Assembly (NCBI GenBank): GCA_032718475.1 | Contig: JAUCBJ010007336.1 | Location: 42,416-106,415, forward strand | DNA from: Nemertoderma westbladi | Lineage: Eukaryota > Animalia > Xenacoelomorpha | Direction of reading: 5' to 3' | Length of the DNA stretch: 64,000 nt | Shown here: positions 50,010-64,000 of the stretch, one piece after another | Layout: each line of letters begins with the position of its first letter | Position numbering within the stretch: the stretch's first letter is position 1 | Program-made: the position numbers and the translations under genes | The notes under the pieces: generated by a model | Seen by the model: only the letters and a program-made list of their open reading frames with translations | Databases searched by the model: none | Told to the model about the DNA's origin: nothing

Positions 50010-52230
50010 CTGCATTCTTGGCCGCTGTAGTCTGTTTGAGTCAGGACTCTCTGCGCCTTATATAGGTCATTTCGGCACTTCTGGATTTTGTTGTCAGTTT
50101 TGTTTGCAATTTTGTTTGGGCCCTTTTCCTGTTTCGAGGGTATACAGGAACTGTTTCTGCAGCTGCTAACTTAACTGCTTCTGTGAAGGCAGTATAGCCC
50201 TCACAGTGATCTGCCGCCTCAGAGGCAAGAACCTCATACCTGTTGCTCAGCTGTAGTGTGAAGCTGGATCTCACACTTGGCTGTTGCAACAGAGAGGACC
50301 AGTAATGCCGCGGCAAGGCAGATTTCGTTGTTCTGCTAGCTCGCAGACTAAGTCTTACCTTGGCCACAATAAGGCGGTGATCACTGGAGAAGGGTCGAAG
50401 TGTAAATGCATTACAATCTTGTATAGAGCTCCTGTACTTCCTACGAAACCAAATATGGTCTATCTGGGACTTGTGACCACTGGGTCCACTATGAGTCCAT
50501 AGCTTTTCAGTTCGCTTCTTGAACTGGGTTCCAGCCGAAAACAATCCATTTCCAGTGATAAAATCCTGAAGATGGACGGAATTTCGGTTGACACTATTGC
50601 TATAGACCCAGGGCGATGTAGGTGATAGATGCAGACTTGCATTAAAACCCCTTAACGAATTATCCCGAATAAATTCGGGTTCAAGAAAATGGATAATTCA
50701 GACTAACCCGAGTTAACTCGTGCAAACAGTTTTCTGTTGAAAACTGAAACCAAACTCGAATATAGCCGTGAATTATTTGATTGGATATCTAAAAATAGCT
50801 TACCTTAGCCAAGTGGAAAACTTTAACAATGATATAGATGCTGATTTGTAAATGGATTGTTTGTGGCCTCTATGAGACACACAACTTCCAGCCCTGCAGA
50901 TCAATTTCTTATTGGTTGTGTTCCAGCAATAATAACTTAGTTAGGTACGGGTAGTTACAACAATAACATGCAGATCTATTGTATATTGGAGATTTCATTA
51001 TTTACATTCTTCATTCTTTATATTTTATCTTTTATTTGTTTTGTTACCGGTACGTTGCCAAATTACTTTTTAAAAATATAATTTTATAATATTTCTAAAT
51101 GACCCAAATCTGACCCAGTTGCTAGACCAAGGGGGCGGCCATCTTTGTCTGATAATCCTGCCCGCCTTAGCGAACGCCATTTCCCTGATATAATACCATC
51201 CACAACGAAGAAAAATCCGACCAGAGTTTGTGTTGTTTCTTCGAAGAAGAAGGACTCCAGGGGGAAAAAGGTGCGCCGTGAATCTAAATCGTGTAAGAGC
51301 TTGGAAGTAGCTGTAATGTTGTCAAAGTTAAAAATTATTTCAAATAACTGACAATTTTGTCTGACAAACAGACAACCCTCAAATCAGTCTTACAAACAAA
51401 CGAGAAAACACACTGGACAGAAAAGTGTACAGTAAGCTTGTTTTACAAAGAGTCATTCGTGATGCAGTCCATAGATTTTCAAAAATTTCAGTAAATACTG
51501 ATGTCTATACAAGCAAATGCACAGACAAACAGACCGACGGACAGACAAACAGACTTGCAGACAACTAGACGAAGAGTAAACAGATCGACATACTTCAGAA
51601 CAACTATTATAGAACTAGATGAAAGAAAATGAAAATATACTGTATGTGCTTGGAAATTTTGTCATTGTGTGTAAATACAAATAGTTGCACTTTTTTTGTT
51701 TCAGAAATCGGACAAATTTTGTCGGACAACAACAGATGTACAAACAGACTTATAGTACAGACTTTAGTGTGAATTTTATTTATCAAACCAATAATTATAT
51801 GGTGCACACTTTTTTATTATTATTTTTATTTTTATATTATTTTTTCGCGAATTTACATGATTATTTCATGCACGAGTTAACTCGGGATGAGTTCTTGATA
51901 GCTTATAGAAGGCTGGATATTTCACTAAAAAATGCATATATTTTACTGGAAATATATTTTTTTTCATCCGCTAGTTATAGGCTATCGAAAATGACAATAA
52001 AAAAAATAGGTCATTTTTTGACAGGTTGCCGCTAAAAAAGTGGTTCGTTAAGAGGTTAAAGTCTCCCAGGAATGTTAAGAATGCCTGCTGATCCACTCCA
52101 TCAGTAGCTGCTTGTAGATTGTGGTAGAAATTGTCCACCTCCACTACACTAGCAACACTAGTTGGAGAGTAGCACACAATCAGAACCACCTTAGGCCATG
52201 TAGATGGTAAGAACACCCGGTCAAATTTTA
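50010..52230 (-). mobile_element. RTE-like LINE endonuclease fragment split by a piggyBac element
   Basis: CYSPT..FY..L..LGDFN|A..N...WTH..P.G.KSQIDHI..SSDHRLI. Confidence 0.85.
50648..52055 (+). mobile_element. piggyBac deletion derivative retaining the transposase C-terminus
   Basis: TIR CCCCTTAACGAA / TTCGTTAAGAGG at a TTAA site; RLSERHFPDIIP..K.PTRVCVV..KVRRES resembles the PGBD4-type Cys-rich tail. Confidence 0.85.
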
Positions 52231-53267
52231 ATTGACTGGTGATTATTACTATACTCATTCTGTTTACAATTAAATTATACATTATTTGGGTTATAATTAT
52301 TTATCGTTATATTTGATATTCTACTGGTAAAGTCAATTTGTCATTATTATTTGCTTAATACATCGCCGATATTACGAAATCAAAGAAATTTTACACACGC
52401 CAAAACCCAGGTAGGTCGCTATAGCTAAGCGTTATTAATAACCTGGACAATTTGGACAATTGCATCAGATATACGTGTGCCGTCTTACCTCTAACTTAAT
52501 AAATAATTAATATATGGCGATATTTCATACCCTTATTGCCAGCCAAGCTCTTAAGATTGATAATACCATGATTGAGAGATGATAATACCATGATTGAGAG
52601 TTGTCATAAATTGAGTACAGTAGCGATAATAATATAAACATGCAGAATAGTCGCAATACATTTTCCCTAAAGGGAAACACAATCACCAGACTTGAGCCCT
52701 TACATAAATAGTTAGTCAGACATTTGCTTGTGTATTGTGTTGCCACACCCTCCTGGTACTGTATACTAGTGAAATATAATAGATGATCAAATACCGTATT
52801 AGACTGAGCGAAACATTGAACAAATCAATACATCGTGGGAGAAAGGGACAACAAAGTGATACACTAGAACGGCCTTATGTTGAAGGTACACTAGCGCCCT
52901 ACCGTTTAGTGTCTCAGACCGGGCATTTACTCTCATTCTCGCATGGTTTATTAAATAATCGGAAATAGTCAAAATATATGAAAATTGAGATTAAAAACGT
53001 ATTTTTTGTCAAATGCGCTAACACCATTGCTCCTGAGTAACAATATTAAACCCCACAATGCACCTTTTGCTATTACTACAATGCATTGGCTAAATCGTTT
53101 ATTAACTGTGAACATCAATTTTATTTATTCTTAACGTTGTCTGTGCGATTCTAGTAACCGCATTTTTACACTTTTATTTATATGTCAGTTTATCTGATTA
53201 AATACATTGAATTGAATTGAAATTATGGTTGCAGCAGCCCCCAACAAAAGGGGGCGCCATTACCATT

Positions 53268-53815
53268 TGTGACGGGATCCAGATGAGATCCCGATTTATC
53301 CGTTTGTTAGTTCACTCGTCCCCGCCGTGTATGAAAGATAAAGGAGTTTGTGCTGTTTGTCGTATATAATATTTGGGTATACAGATATAGATATAGGAAT
53401 AGATATGAGATAATATGTTGTTGTATACGGAAGGCGGGATACGGTAACTAAAGTCCCGGTCCTTCCCTAGCTAAACTATGTAACCTAAACTAGCACCAAT
53501 ATTGCACTGAGATAACTGAACTGATATGATTACTGCCAAGTGGCTATATTGCACGGTTGGCCTTGTTACTCTACCTAATCGATGCCTTTCCCCCCTCTGA
53601 TTGGTTGATACCCTTGTTGGCGCCCTTTGGAGTGTTCCCGTTCACTCCACCTGTTCTCTCTGGGTTAGGGGTTTGGCCCCTGACCCTCATTGTGTGCTTC
53701 TCCTTCCCATTCTCATTGGAATGGCACGAGTTGGTTAATTACCCAATCTCGTGGCTCCCAATATTGCTTATCGGCTTAACTTTATGGGGTGTTAGCGGGA
53801 TTGAATAAGCTAACA
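53268..53815 (-). repeat. Putative 3' LTR of BEL element 3 (left boundary 53268 or 53305)
   Basis: Minus strand GGGGGGAG purine tract then TGTTAG; TGTTAG at 53305 pairs with CTAACA at 53810; partner LTR lies outside the window. Confidence 0.65.
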
Positions 53816-54689
53816 CTCCCCCCCATGCTATCTTCCCGGTAAGAAGATAGCATCAACCAAAAAAGTGCGCTACAATCCCGCTGGATCCCGATCTAGTATC
53901 GGGTGTGGGGTGGAATTCTTTTTTTTTCCCGGAGCCGGCTTTCCAGGCCGCTCCCTATGGGTATGATAACGCTACCCTGTATGCCTGGCGTCTCATGTCG
54001 GGCCGATCGCGCTCACCTCTCACGCGACTTTTGTTTCCCCGACACTTTCGCCCTATCTCTTCTCCACTCTCACCCCAACTCTCTCATACCCTCGGACCTC
54101 CTCGTCCCTCACTCAGCCTCTTATTCTCCCCCCCCACACACTAGAATTGCGTCCGCACTCTCTCCGCACTTCGCACTATTACTGCGTCCCTCAACCCCAC
54201 TTTGACTACCTCATCCCTCCTGACGAATCTCCCCCCCCCCCTCTTGTGCCGTCGCACTCAAGAAGTGTGAAATTGTCTTATGTCACGTCCATAGTCCCAT
54301 AGTCAGTTGTCCTCCCAGTCCCAGTAGCTAATTGAGAAAGGTTGTATGACTATGGTACTTACTTCGAGCGTATATATTCTAGATTACTGATTACTACGTA
54401 CATACATACAAATTGCACTTATATTGATTATTTACTACCATAATTTGTGACTGACAGCCCTATTTTATTTATTTTAATTTTGTTTTATCCCTACCGCCCT
54501 ACTACTTACTATTGCCTATGGATTATCCTACTCTCTAATCCACATTCTGGCCTACTCTGTGGACCCATGCAGTACAACAGTATGCGTCGCGTGGCCACAC
54601 GATTTATCCAGCTGTACTCATATTCCCCCCTCTCACTACTGACTGCTAACTAATATCTATATCTTTATATACCCCTCTACCTCTATCTC

Positions 54690-55350
54690 TTACTAACTGG
54701 TACTATGTGCTTTCCTACTAACTCTTACTCTCTCTCTCTTACTAACTATCGGTACTACGTACCCTTTAACTACTTACTCTCTTACTAACTATCGGTACTA
54801 CGTACCCTTTGACTACTTACACTCTTACTAAGTATTGGTACTACGTACCTTCTTACTCTTACTAACTCTCTCTACTCTTACTAACTGTCGGTACTACGTA
54901 CCCTTTAACTCTAACCTATTCTCTCTACTCTTACTAACCGGTACTACGTACCCTTTAACTCTAACTAATTCTCTCTACTCTTACTAACTGGTACTACGTA
55001 CCCTTTAACTCTAACTAATTCTCTCTACTCTTACTAACTGTCGGTACTACGTATCCTTTAACTCTAACTAATTCTCTCTACTCTTACTAACCGGTACTAT
55101 GTACCCCTTAACTCTTGCTCTAGCTAGCTAGCGGTACTACGTACCTTCTAACTAACTAACCGATTAACTTAACTCTACTAACTAATGGTACTACGTACCC
55201 TTTAACTACTCTAGCTAACTAGCTAGCGGTACTACGTACCTCCTAACTAATTAACTAACTAATTCTTACTAACTAATGGTACTACGTACCCTTTAACTAC
55301 TCTAGCTAACTAGCTAGCGGTACTACGTACCTCCTAACTAATTTACTAAC
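54690..55350. repeat. Tandem array in the BEL3 3' UTR (about 40-50-bp units with GGTACTACGTACC)
   Basis: About a dozen units of CTCTTACTAACT..GGTACTACGTACCCTTTAACT. Confidence 0.9.
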
Positions 55351-55483
55351 TAACTCTTACTCTATTTTTTATTTATTTTATTTTTATTATTTTGTGTGGG
55401 GAAGGGCATCTAGCCCTCAATCCCACCCCCCTCAGTCCAAATTTGGACGACTTAACACTTCACACCCCCACGCTCTATACCCT

Positions 55484-58400
55484 TCATAAAGGTGTTCCTT
55501 CTAGTAGAGAGCATTTCCCTACAGCTCTCCTGTAGGTTTTCCTGTCTTTCGCACCTATCTTTCCACCTATTCGCACTTCTACTGATCGGACTCTTCCGTC
55601 CTCATCGGAGTACGTGCCTACCACCCTCGCCAACCGCCACTGGTTGTTGATGATAGTATCATCCGTGACGATCACGAGATCTCCCTCTCTTAACTCTCTG
55701 TTTGACTTCCTCCACTTACTTCTTTTGTGGAGCGTGGGTAGGTATTCCTCAACCCACCTTCTCCAATACTCTGCGCTTATTGCTTTAGCGACTTTCCAAC
55801 TTTGGCGAGAGTGTATATCATCTGGGTCTACACCCCGCATATCGATGGTCGCTGGCCTCTCCATTAGGAAATGGCTGGGCGTCAGCACCTCTAGTGACTC
55901 AGGGTCATCATTTTCCGGATATAGCGGTCTGCTATTAATGATACCCTCACACTTTGCGAGTACTGTTCTCAAGACGTCCTCTGTGACCATGTGGGTGTTC
56001 ATCAACTTCGTCATTAGATGCTTCGAACTGCCCACCAGTCTCTCCACGCATCCTAGTGTATGTGGTGCATACGGCGTCCTTCTTTCCCACTTTACTTGTC
56101 GTCGCCTCATAGCTGCCCTGACTTCCTCCCCTTCCAAGATGTCCAAGGCCTCTGCCATCTCGTTCTCTGCCCCCACAAAGTTGGTTCCGCTGTCGGAGTA
56201 CATTACTTCGATCGTCCCACCTTTGCGGTCTCTGAACCTTTCTAGCGCATTTATAAATGCTGATGCGGTTGCATCTTGGGCGAGTTCTATCCCCACCGCC
56301 CGCGTGTTGTTACATACGAAGATTATACCGTAGCGTTTCTCCGTGTGCCGCATCACTTTGATCTTTATCGGCCCGAACATGTCCACACCGCAATGCGTAA
56401 ATGGCGGGTCGTGCTGTCTTACTCTACTCGCCGGTAGTGGCGCCATCTCGTGTGTGGCTCGCTCCTTCTTCGCTCGTCTGCAGGTCTGGCACTGCCCCAC
56501 CACCGCTTTTACCTTCTTTCTGAGCTGTTTGACCCAATAGGTCCTCCTTATCTCCGCGAGGGTTCGGTTGGTGCCCCCGTGCAATATCGACTTGTGGGAG
56601 TCCCAGATAATCTGGTGGACTATCGGCGATCCTGTGGGGATGATGATGGGCTACGGTGGTACCACGATGCTGTTGTTGTATCTCACCCTAGAGTTCATCA
56701 CTAGAATCCCGTCATCGTTAAGTTGTGGTGACAGCGCGATCAGCTCGCTGTCTCGTCGAAGATGTTGTTGCTTACCGACGCGTTCCACCTCGTCGCCATA
56801 GTTCTTCCGTTGTTCATAGCGGATGACTGCTTTGGCCGCTTCTTCCAGATCTACGGTTGTTCTGATCTTCTTGCCTTTTCCAACTCCCACGAGGAAATTC
56901 CCGAAGGCTCTCCAGTACGCCACTAATTTCTTGGTCTTATACCAACTAGAGCTGTAGCTGAGGAGCTTATCCGTTGGGTTACCGCACAGTTCTACTGATT
57001 TGGGTCGCACGTCCCTTATCTCCCTCACCATCTGGGAGTATATCTCTTCTCCCTCTGAATCTCCCTCTTCTCCTTCCGATACTACTTCTCCTGAGCCCGG
57101 GTCCACCTTTCTCATCGGCGGCCAGGCCTCCTTGTTGCTCAGAAATTGTGGCCCGTGTTGCCACAATACTTCCTTCTTCAAGAAAGTATGGCGTGCCACA
57201 CCCCTCGATAACAAGTCCGCTGGGTTCTCGTCCGTAGGGCAGTAGTGCCACCTTTCTAGTTCTGTCGTCGCCCTTATTTCGTCCACTCTATTCGCGACCA
57301 ATATAGGGTATCGCGTTTTCTCGTTATGTAGCCAGCCGAGCACTACCATGGAGTCCGTCCAGTAGTGTGTCTCCACTATATTGGGAATAGCGCCCATTAT
57401 GTAGGCTGTGGCTCTAACTCCTAATCTCGCTGCTGTCAACTCTAGTTTGGGAACTGATGCCGAATCTGGTGGCGTTGACTTGGCCTTGCTGAAGGCAAGT
57501 CTGGGCTTGTAAGACCCCTCTCGTTGTACTAAGTAGAGTGCCGCTCCGTATGCCTCTAGCGACGCATCGGAGAACATGTGCAGATCCAGGTTCGTCATGT
57601 CCCCATCCGGGAAATACACTCTTGGCATGCTGTATGTTCCCATCTGCTCTAGACCTTCTGTCCATTTGCACCACTGTTTCTTAATCTCTTCTGGTACCTC
57701 TTCGTCCCACTCATCTTTCAGCTTGTATACTCTTTTGAGTATCTGTTTCCCCGTTACTAGTAGTGGGGATGCTAGGCCTAGGGGATCGTATATTCTTGCT
57801 ATGTATGACACATAGCCTCTCTGTGTGGATGTCTGCGCCCTCCTGGCTCAGCTGGTACTTTAGTTCGTCTGTCTCTCTGTTCCACACAATTCCCAGTGCC
57901 TTCTGTTGAGCCTCTGTTCTCTTATTCGCCATGTCCTGCCCTTTGGCTGTCGTGGGATTATCCATGGTCAATTCTGGTCTCTCGTCCTCTATCGCTTTGA
58001 TAAATTCCTGCGAACTGGATTGGAATTTGGTTAGGTTAAAGCCGGATCCTTTTAGGATGTCGCGAACCTCGCGCCCCGTATCCAGTATCTCTTTAACCGT
58101 ATTTCCAGACTCCATCCCGTCGTCTACGTAGAAGCCGCGTCGAATCATGTCGACGGCCCTAGTGCTATATCTATCCTCCTTCCCTTTTACCGTGTCTCTT
58201 ACCGCCATAGTCGTCGTGAAGGAAGACGACTTGGCCCCCATGTTCTGCACTATCATCTTGTACATCGGTATAATCGACGGTTCTTCGTCGCCGGTGTACC
58301 ATAAGAAGCGTTGACTATCGCTATCTTCTTCCGTTACACGGACTTGGTTGAACATGCCCTCGATATCACACGTGAAGGCGTGTTTCCCATTCCTAAATCT

Positions 58401-61400
58401 AAGTAGGACCTCGATCCCCGAGTTGTAGATATTGGGACCCTCCAGTAGATAGTCGTTTAGGCATTTTCCGTTGGTTTTTGCCGACGCGTCTACTACCATC
58501 CTCAGGTTACCCTTCTTTGGATCTAAAGCCACGTGGAGTGGCAGGTAATATGTCCTGTCCGTGTTCGGCTCGTCGACCGGTAACTCCACGGCCCATCCTT
58601 TCTCGACGTACTTCTTAATAGTTCTGTGGATGTACTCATTCTTCTCGGGGCTCCGTTTTAGTGTCTGTTTCAACTTACGAAGCCTCCTAAGTACCATCCC
58701 TTTATTATCGGGTAACGGTAGCTTCGGTAGCTTCCATACCATCCCTATGGTATACCGCCCCTCATCACATGTCATGGACTCCTCTACGCCCTGTTGAGCC
58801 TGCTTGTCCTCCACCGAGGTCCCCACCCCGGTCTCCTTTAATCCCTCAAAATCTTGTTTGAGCAGTCTTTTAAGCTGCTCCTCTGCTCTCTCATCACCCA
58901 TTTCCTGCATAGTCCCCGCGAACATGCATCCTGATGTCTCCGACATCCTAAATGGTATCTTGCTCTTGATTGGGCCACTCAGCGTCCACCCGAATGGTGT
59001 TAATATCGCCACCGGGTCACACTGCTTGTCTTCGCCGAAGACCGTTTGCATTCTTTCGTGGGCCGTTGGGCAGTCCATTCCTACTATGATGGATACCTTC
59101 CTAACGTCCACGTCTGGGATTGAGAAGTCAATGTCGTCCAGGAATTTATACTGCTCGACCTCGATGTTGGTTGGCCGCCTGGCATTGATATTAATTGACT
59201 CTATCACTTGGATGGGGTCGATGGTTGCCCCGTAGTCGCATCCCGGTGCCACTGCTGCAATCGCGCACCGTCCGGTCCTCATCTCTAGGACTCTCGTCTT
59301 TGCTCGAGATGGTTGTTACTGCCATTCTACTTGGCCTCGTCCTCAATCCTATTTCTTCGGCCACCCAATCCTCGACTAATGTGAAGGCAGCTCCGCTATC
59401 AACCAGCATCAGTGTGGTTACTGATCGATTGCCTTCCCCGATCACTCGCACGGGTACTACTCCAAGTAGCACCGTCCCTCTTTTCTTCGCCCCTACCGTG
59501 CTCGTTGCCATCGTTTGGCCTTTGTTTCGACGGAACTTAACCGGCGTCTCCTTGCATTGCCTCGCTCGATGTCCACTCATCACACACCGCGAGCAGATGT
59601 CATTTCTGTCCGCGTATTCTACCTGATCTTCCCTGGGTAACGCTTGCCAGTAGCTGCAATTCATGGTTAGATGCCTTGCATTTGTATGTAGCTGGCATTT
59701 GCTCTTTGGGTCGTAGCCGTCCTTGTACAGCGCATCGCGTATCGCAACTGCATTTGTACTAAAGTCCCTACTGTTTTTATAGCTTGGGTTCGGCCTACTG
59801 GATGTATTAGGGTTATGTTCATTCGTGTTGTTATTTTTCCCCTGTCCGGTCTTACCCTCGGCTACTTGTGGACTCGCAGTCCCCTGCGTTGCTGCATATG
59901 GCAGTGATTGCCTGAGCTTTGGTAATGCGTTCGACGTGTTGTGCTCTGGTTTCGGTCGATTGTAATCCGTCTTTGGTCCCTTTCCCAGGCTATCTTCGCT
60001 ATAGACTGGGTCGGTTATTAGTTCAGCTTCGTAGCTTAAGAAGCTGGACATTTCTTCTAGACCCGGTTCCGCACCCTTTCTGTCTCTAGTGGAGAAAGCG
60101 ACTTTTCTCCACTTATTGCGCAGCCACATCGGTAGTGCCTGCGCTATCGTGGTGATGTTGTTGGACGCGTTGAGCTCGTATGGTGCGTCTAGCGTCTTTA
60201 GCACGATCAGCGCCTTTTCGACTTTGTTAGCAAACGTCTTGATGCTAACGGGATTATCCTGTAGGCCACCCGTTGTTATGCCTCTCAGGGTTTGCCTGAT
60301 GATCTTAGCTGGGTGCCCGTATTCCCTATCCAGTGCCCGCCATGCCGTCGTGAAGCCGCCTTCTATACCCTGGTATTGCCTCACGATGTCGTATGCTGGG
60401 CCTCCTGTGTATACTTGCAGATACTTCAGGCACTCCGCCTGCGTTAAGTTTTTTGTTAGTATCTCGTTACTATACATGCGCCGAAACTGTAGATATTCTT
60501 CCGGCCTACTCCCATCGAATTTGAATGGTTCCACGGGTGGTAACTCGATCCTGGTTTTTAACGCATCGATCAACGTGGCCATCCCCACCGCCTGCGCCTC
60601 CAATGGGTTCGATGGATGCTGCATAGTTTCCCTTGTTTGGTGCGGTCCATCCGTTCTATTCCCTGTTTTTCTCTGACTTGGGTATATCATTGGGGGTAGC
60701 GGCCCCCTCCATATTTCTGTGTCGCATGACTTATTTTCATCCAAGGGGTTCGTTGTTCTCGCTCCTATTGGGGTATATTGTTGATATTGCGATGGGGGAA
60801 TGTCACCCTGTCCCCCCCCCCCCACCGGTATGCTTGGTACTGGGGTTGATGTTAATATATTGGGGCCCATGCATCTATCCGCAATAATTCCCCCCTCCCC
60901 TGGGTATATGTTATATCCTTTGGTGCTGTAGTCATACTGCTGCACTGGTACCGGTATAGGCCTATCAGCTTCTGGCCTACCTACCGGAATGTACTCCGCG
61001 ACTTCCGGGTTCAATCCCGTTGTCCGCGTTATCCTATCGCCTAGATTGCTTCTGTCAGCATGGCCTATGGTATGTGCAGTAAGGCCTACAGTATGTCCTA
61101 CAGTCTGTACGTATTGCTCGGGATCGAAGTTTATTCTTCTCGAATTATCCTCCCCGCGGCTACCGTATTCTCGATCGGCAGGTATATCCCGTCGGAAGGT
61201 TTCTCTTCGACCCCCTCTACTGCTCTCATCCTCGTGCCGGTACATCATGTACCCCTCTCTCGACGCATAGTGCGTCTCGTCGGGTCGCGTCTCTCCGGGA
61301 CGACGGCAATCTCCCGTAGTTCGACCCCACCGGCTCTCTTCTTCCACCTCAACTACCGACGGTTCGCTATCCGTCCTCGTTCTTCTATCGTTCGCGGCGA

Positions 61401-63912
61401 TACTTCTCCTACCGTCTTCTCTTCTTCTTCTTTCAGTGTAGTATTCCCGCTCGTGAGATCTCTCGTCGATCTCCCGGTTAAACTCCACCGTTCTTCTTCT
61501 CTCCTCTGATCGGGCTCGACACTCCGTCCGCCCTCTCGCGACGTCAACCTGCCTCTCTCCGCTCGATCGCACGCCGCTGGGGATACTCGCAATCCCCCTA
61601 TTACTCTCCGTCGCCGGGTGTTGCGGTTTACCTGTTTCGGCCCTCGCATTATCCGCCGGCGCCTGTGGGGCACTCTCTGCCCCCCCTCTCTCGTCACTAA
61701 CTTCTCGCGGTGGGGTGCTCATAGCCCCCCCCCCACCCGCCACTTCTAACTTCGCTACCTCTTACTATACTTCTATATCCCTCTTGTGGGGCATTCTCCG
61801 CCCCCCCCCCCTCTCGCCGCTAATCTTATGTGGTGGGGCGCTCATAGCCCCCCCCCCCACTCGCCACATTTAACCTCACTCACACCTCTATACCCCTCTC
61901 TAGTCGACACAATGTTTGTATTGCGGCTGGGTCCACTTACCCCCGCCTCTCTCTCTACTACTACCTGGCCTACCAGGCCTACTTCGGGTTGGCTCAACCC
62001 CGCCGCTTCCGGCCTACTATTTACGAGGCCTACCAGGCCTACCTCGGGTTGGCTCAACCCCGCCACTTCCGGCCTACTGACTACGTGGCCTACCAGGCCC
62101 TCACCCGCCGGGCTATGTACGTCCGACGCGTTTACATTAACAACACCACTGTGATTATCCTCTAGTTCACCCAAATTATCCTGTGCACCAAAGTTAGAAA
62201 CGTTATCTTGCGTTATAACATTATTTGGATTATTTTGTAAATTCGAATTTGGGTTATTATTTAAATTACTTGGGTTACTTTGTATAACTACATTATTAGA
62301 ATTATTTTGCACGTTAATATTAGAATCGTTCTGATTTAAAATAAAATTATTACTATTAGGTAATGTATTTCCTGCAATAAATATTTGGTTAGGGTCGTTC
62401 AATACAGTATTATTAATATTAACGTCATCTACCGTAATATTATTATTACCCCCCCCCCCCCGCCCGTAAGGTCACACCAATTTCGTGTCTGTCGTGCGGT
62501 CCCTCTCACTGGGGTATTAATAAACGCATCTACTGTCCCCGGCCCCTCGAGAATATTCGAGCCAGCCTCGCTCTCAGACGCCCCCATCTGCGCCAGTTCC
62601 AGTTCGCGCATGTGTCTAGCTTTGTACTCTACAAGCCCACTTCGCTGTTTCTTTAATTTCCTTCGCTCATGCTCCCTTCTGGCCATTCTCACCTCACACT
62701 CCCGCGCGTCCTGTTTGGCCAACTCTACCACTCTCCTAGCTTCCTCCCTTCGCCTTGCCTCACGCTCCTTGCGTTCCTTCTCCCCCTTTGCCTCACGCTC
62801 CTTACGTTCCTCTTCTTCTATTTCCTCATACTCCCTAAGGCTCCTTGCGGCCCTTTCGGCCCTCTCTCTTATCTCTCTAATCAACACCATTTCCCCCTCT
62901 AGCAGCACTCTCTCCTCCTCTAATCGTCTATCTACTTCTTGGTGACCTTGCACTGCTAGATTGAGATGGTACCTAGCGTCTATCTCTCTCACCCGTCTTT
63001 CTTTCGCGGAGGATGTAGCAGACTTATCGGTTGTGACGGATTCCCTCCGCCTTCCCGATCTACTAACTTTCCCCCTCCTCCCGGAACTCCCTCCGACCGA
63101 CGAGACCGAATCCGCGGGGTCAACCTCGGATTCGCCCTCCTCAGGTCTGTTCCAACCCACTAATTTTATACCCCGGGCATCGATTAAATATGGCCCTATG
63201 TACACTACACTAGGTTGTATACCCCCATGCCGCCATGAGTCATACAGTTCCTCGGCAACCCTTGTCGCTCTCTCCTCGGCCAATTCTCTCTGCCCGAAAT
63301 GCATTAGATAGTATAAATGTCTGTCCGACTTACCTAGTCCTGACTTCAGTTTTACCTCGTCTATCGTTTTCCCCTTTCTGGCCTCCTCTAGTAGTCTCCG
63401 GGTCGCGTTGTAGGCCCGTCGAAGTTGCTCAGAAACCCCGACGTCCTCGTCGCCGACCTCTCCTCCGTCTCTTCGGGTTCGACGTCGTACCGGCGGCCCC
63501 ACCGTCGCCGTTCCGGTGGGCCGTCCGTCGCCCTCGGCCTGTGGCTGGCCCGCGACATCGGTGTCGACATCCCCGTCGTCTCTCCGCGGTCCGGCGTCGT
63601 ACCGGCGGCCCCACCGTCGCCGTTCCGGTGGGCCGTCTCGTCGCCCTCGGCCTGTGGCTGGCCCGCGACATCGGCACGTCGACCCTCGTTCCGTGTCGAC
63701 TCCTCTCTTTCTCCCTCGACCTCGTTCTCTCTATCCTCCGACTCGAGTCCCTCTCCTCTCAACTCGGATTCTGATTCCAGACGGTCCCCCTCATCTTGGA
63801 CTTCCGGGTCACCCGTTACCGATGGCTCCGGCGTCGTGGGCCTATACCGCCTGGTCGCGGCCTCGCGGATCGTTTGCTCTTCGTCCGGGGTCCGCGTCGG
63901 TGTCGTCTTCAC
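55484..63912 (-). pseudogene. BEL3 gag-pol polyprotein with a few lesions
   Basis: Knuckles CQLH..H...C and CSRCVMSGHRARQC; PR LVDSGA; RT FYVDDG; RH HMFSDAS/WTDS/NPADLLSRG; IN GVDMFGP/SDSGTNF/CVERLV; in-frame TAG at 56651, frameshifts near 57840 and 59285, and further breaks in the G-run-rich region 61700-63550. Confidence 0.88.
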
Positions 63913-64000
63913 CTGACTGACTCATCTCTCTTCTGCAGATTGGTGGCTGGTGGTTGCTGAGTTTGCAGCTTGACTAGGGCGGCAGCTCTGATTTAGTTAC

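Larger units (their letters stand above)
53268..64000 (-). mobile_element. BEL/Pao element 3, near complete, continuing beyond the window end
   Basis: gag-PR-RT-RH-IN order on the minus strand plus a candidate LTR and PPT. Confidence 0.92.

Noticed and set aside
52700-53222. Possible non-LTR 3' end with (ATTGA)n tail
   Set aside because: The tail is suggestive but no RT motifs are recognisable upstream
55614-63920. Long plus-strand ORFs over BEL3
   Set aside because: Antisense shadows of GC-rich gag-pol with no independent motifs

Overview
Eukaryotic (most likely invertebrate animal) DNA that is almost entirely nested transposons. It holds one intact host gene, an intronless ERGIC-53/LMAN1 (4065-5519, minus), next to two satellites. 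An apparently intact P-superfamily transposon (THAP-DDE, 7-bp TSD) sits about 275 bp upstream of it. The other elements are: a CR1/L2-group LINE split by a very young non-autonomous BEL/Pao LTR element (1296-bp LTRs, RT and integrase missing); two Penelope-like fragments, each with a hammerhead motif; RTE/RTE-X LINE, GalEa-like Copia and PIF1-helicase remnants; a tRNA-derived SINE; two more BEL/Pao elements; and two piggyBac-type non-autonomous elements. The most notable signals are two gene-carrying TIR elements: a Pack-MULE with a 9-bp TSD carrying an intronless ALDH3 fragment, and a Harbinger-like element carrying an intronless DDX1 fragment. Both cargoes are riddled with 5-9-bp tandem duplications, and DDX1 carries a TA-flanked insert, resembling transposon excision scars. 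All family assignments come from motif recognition by eye; no database searches were run.
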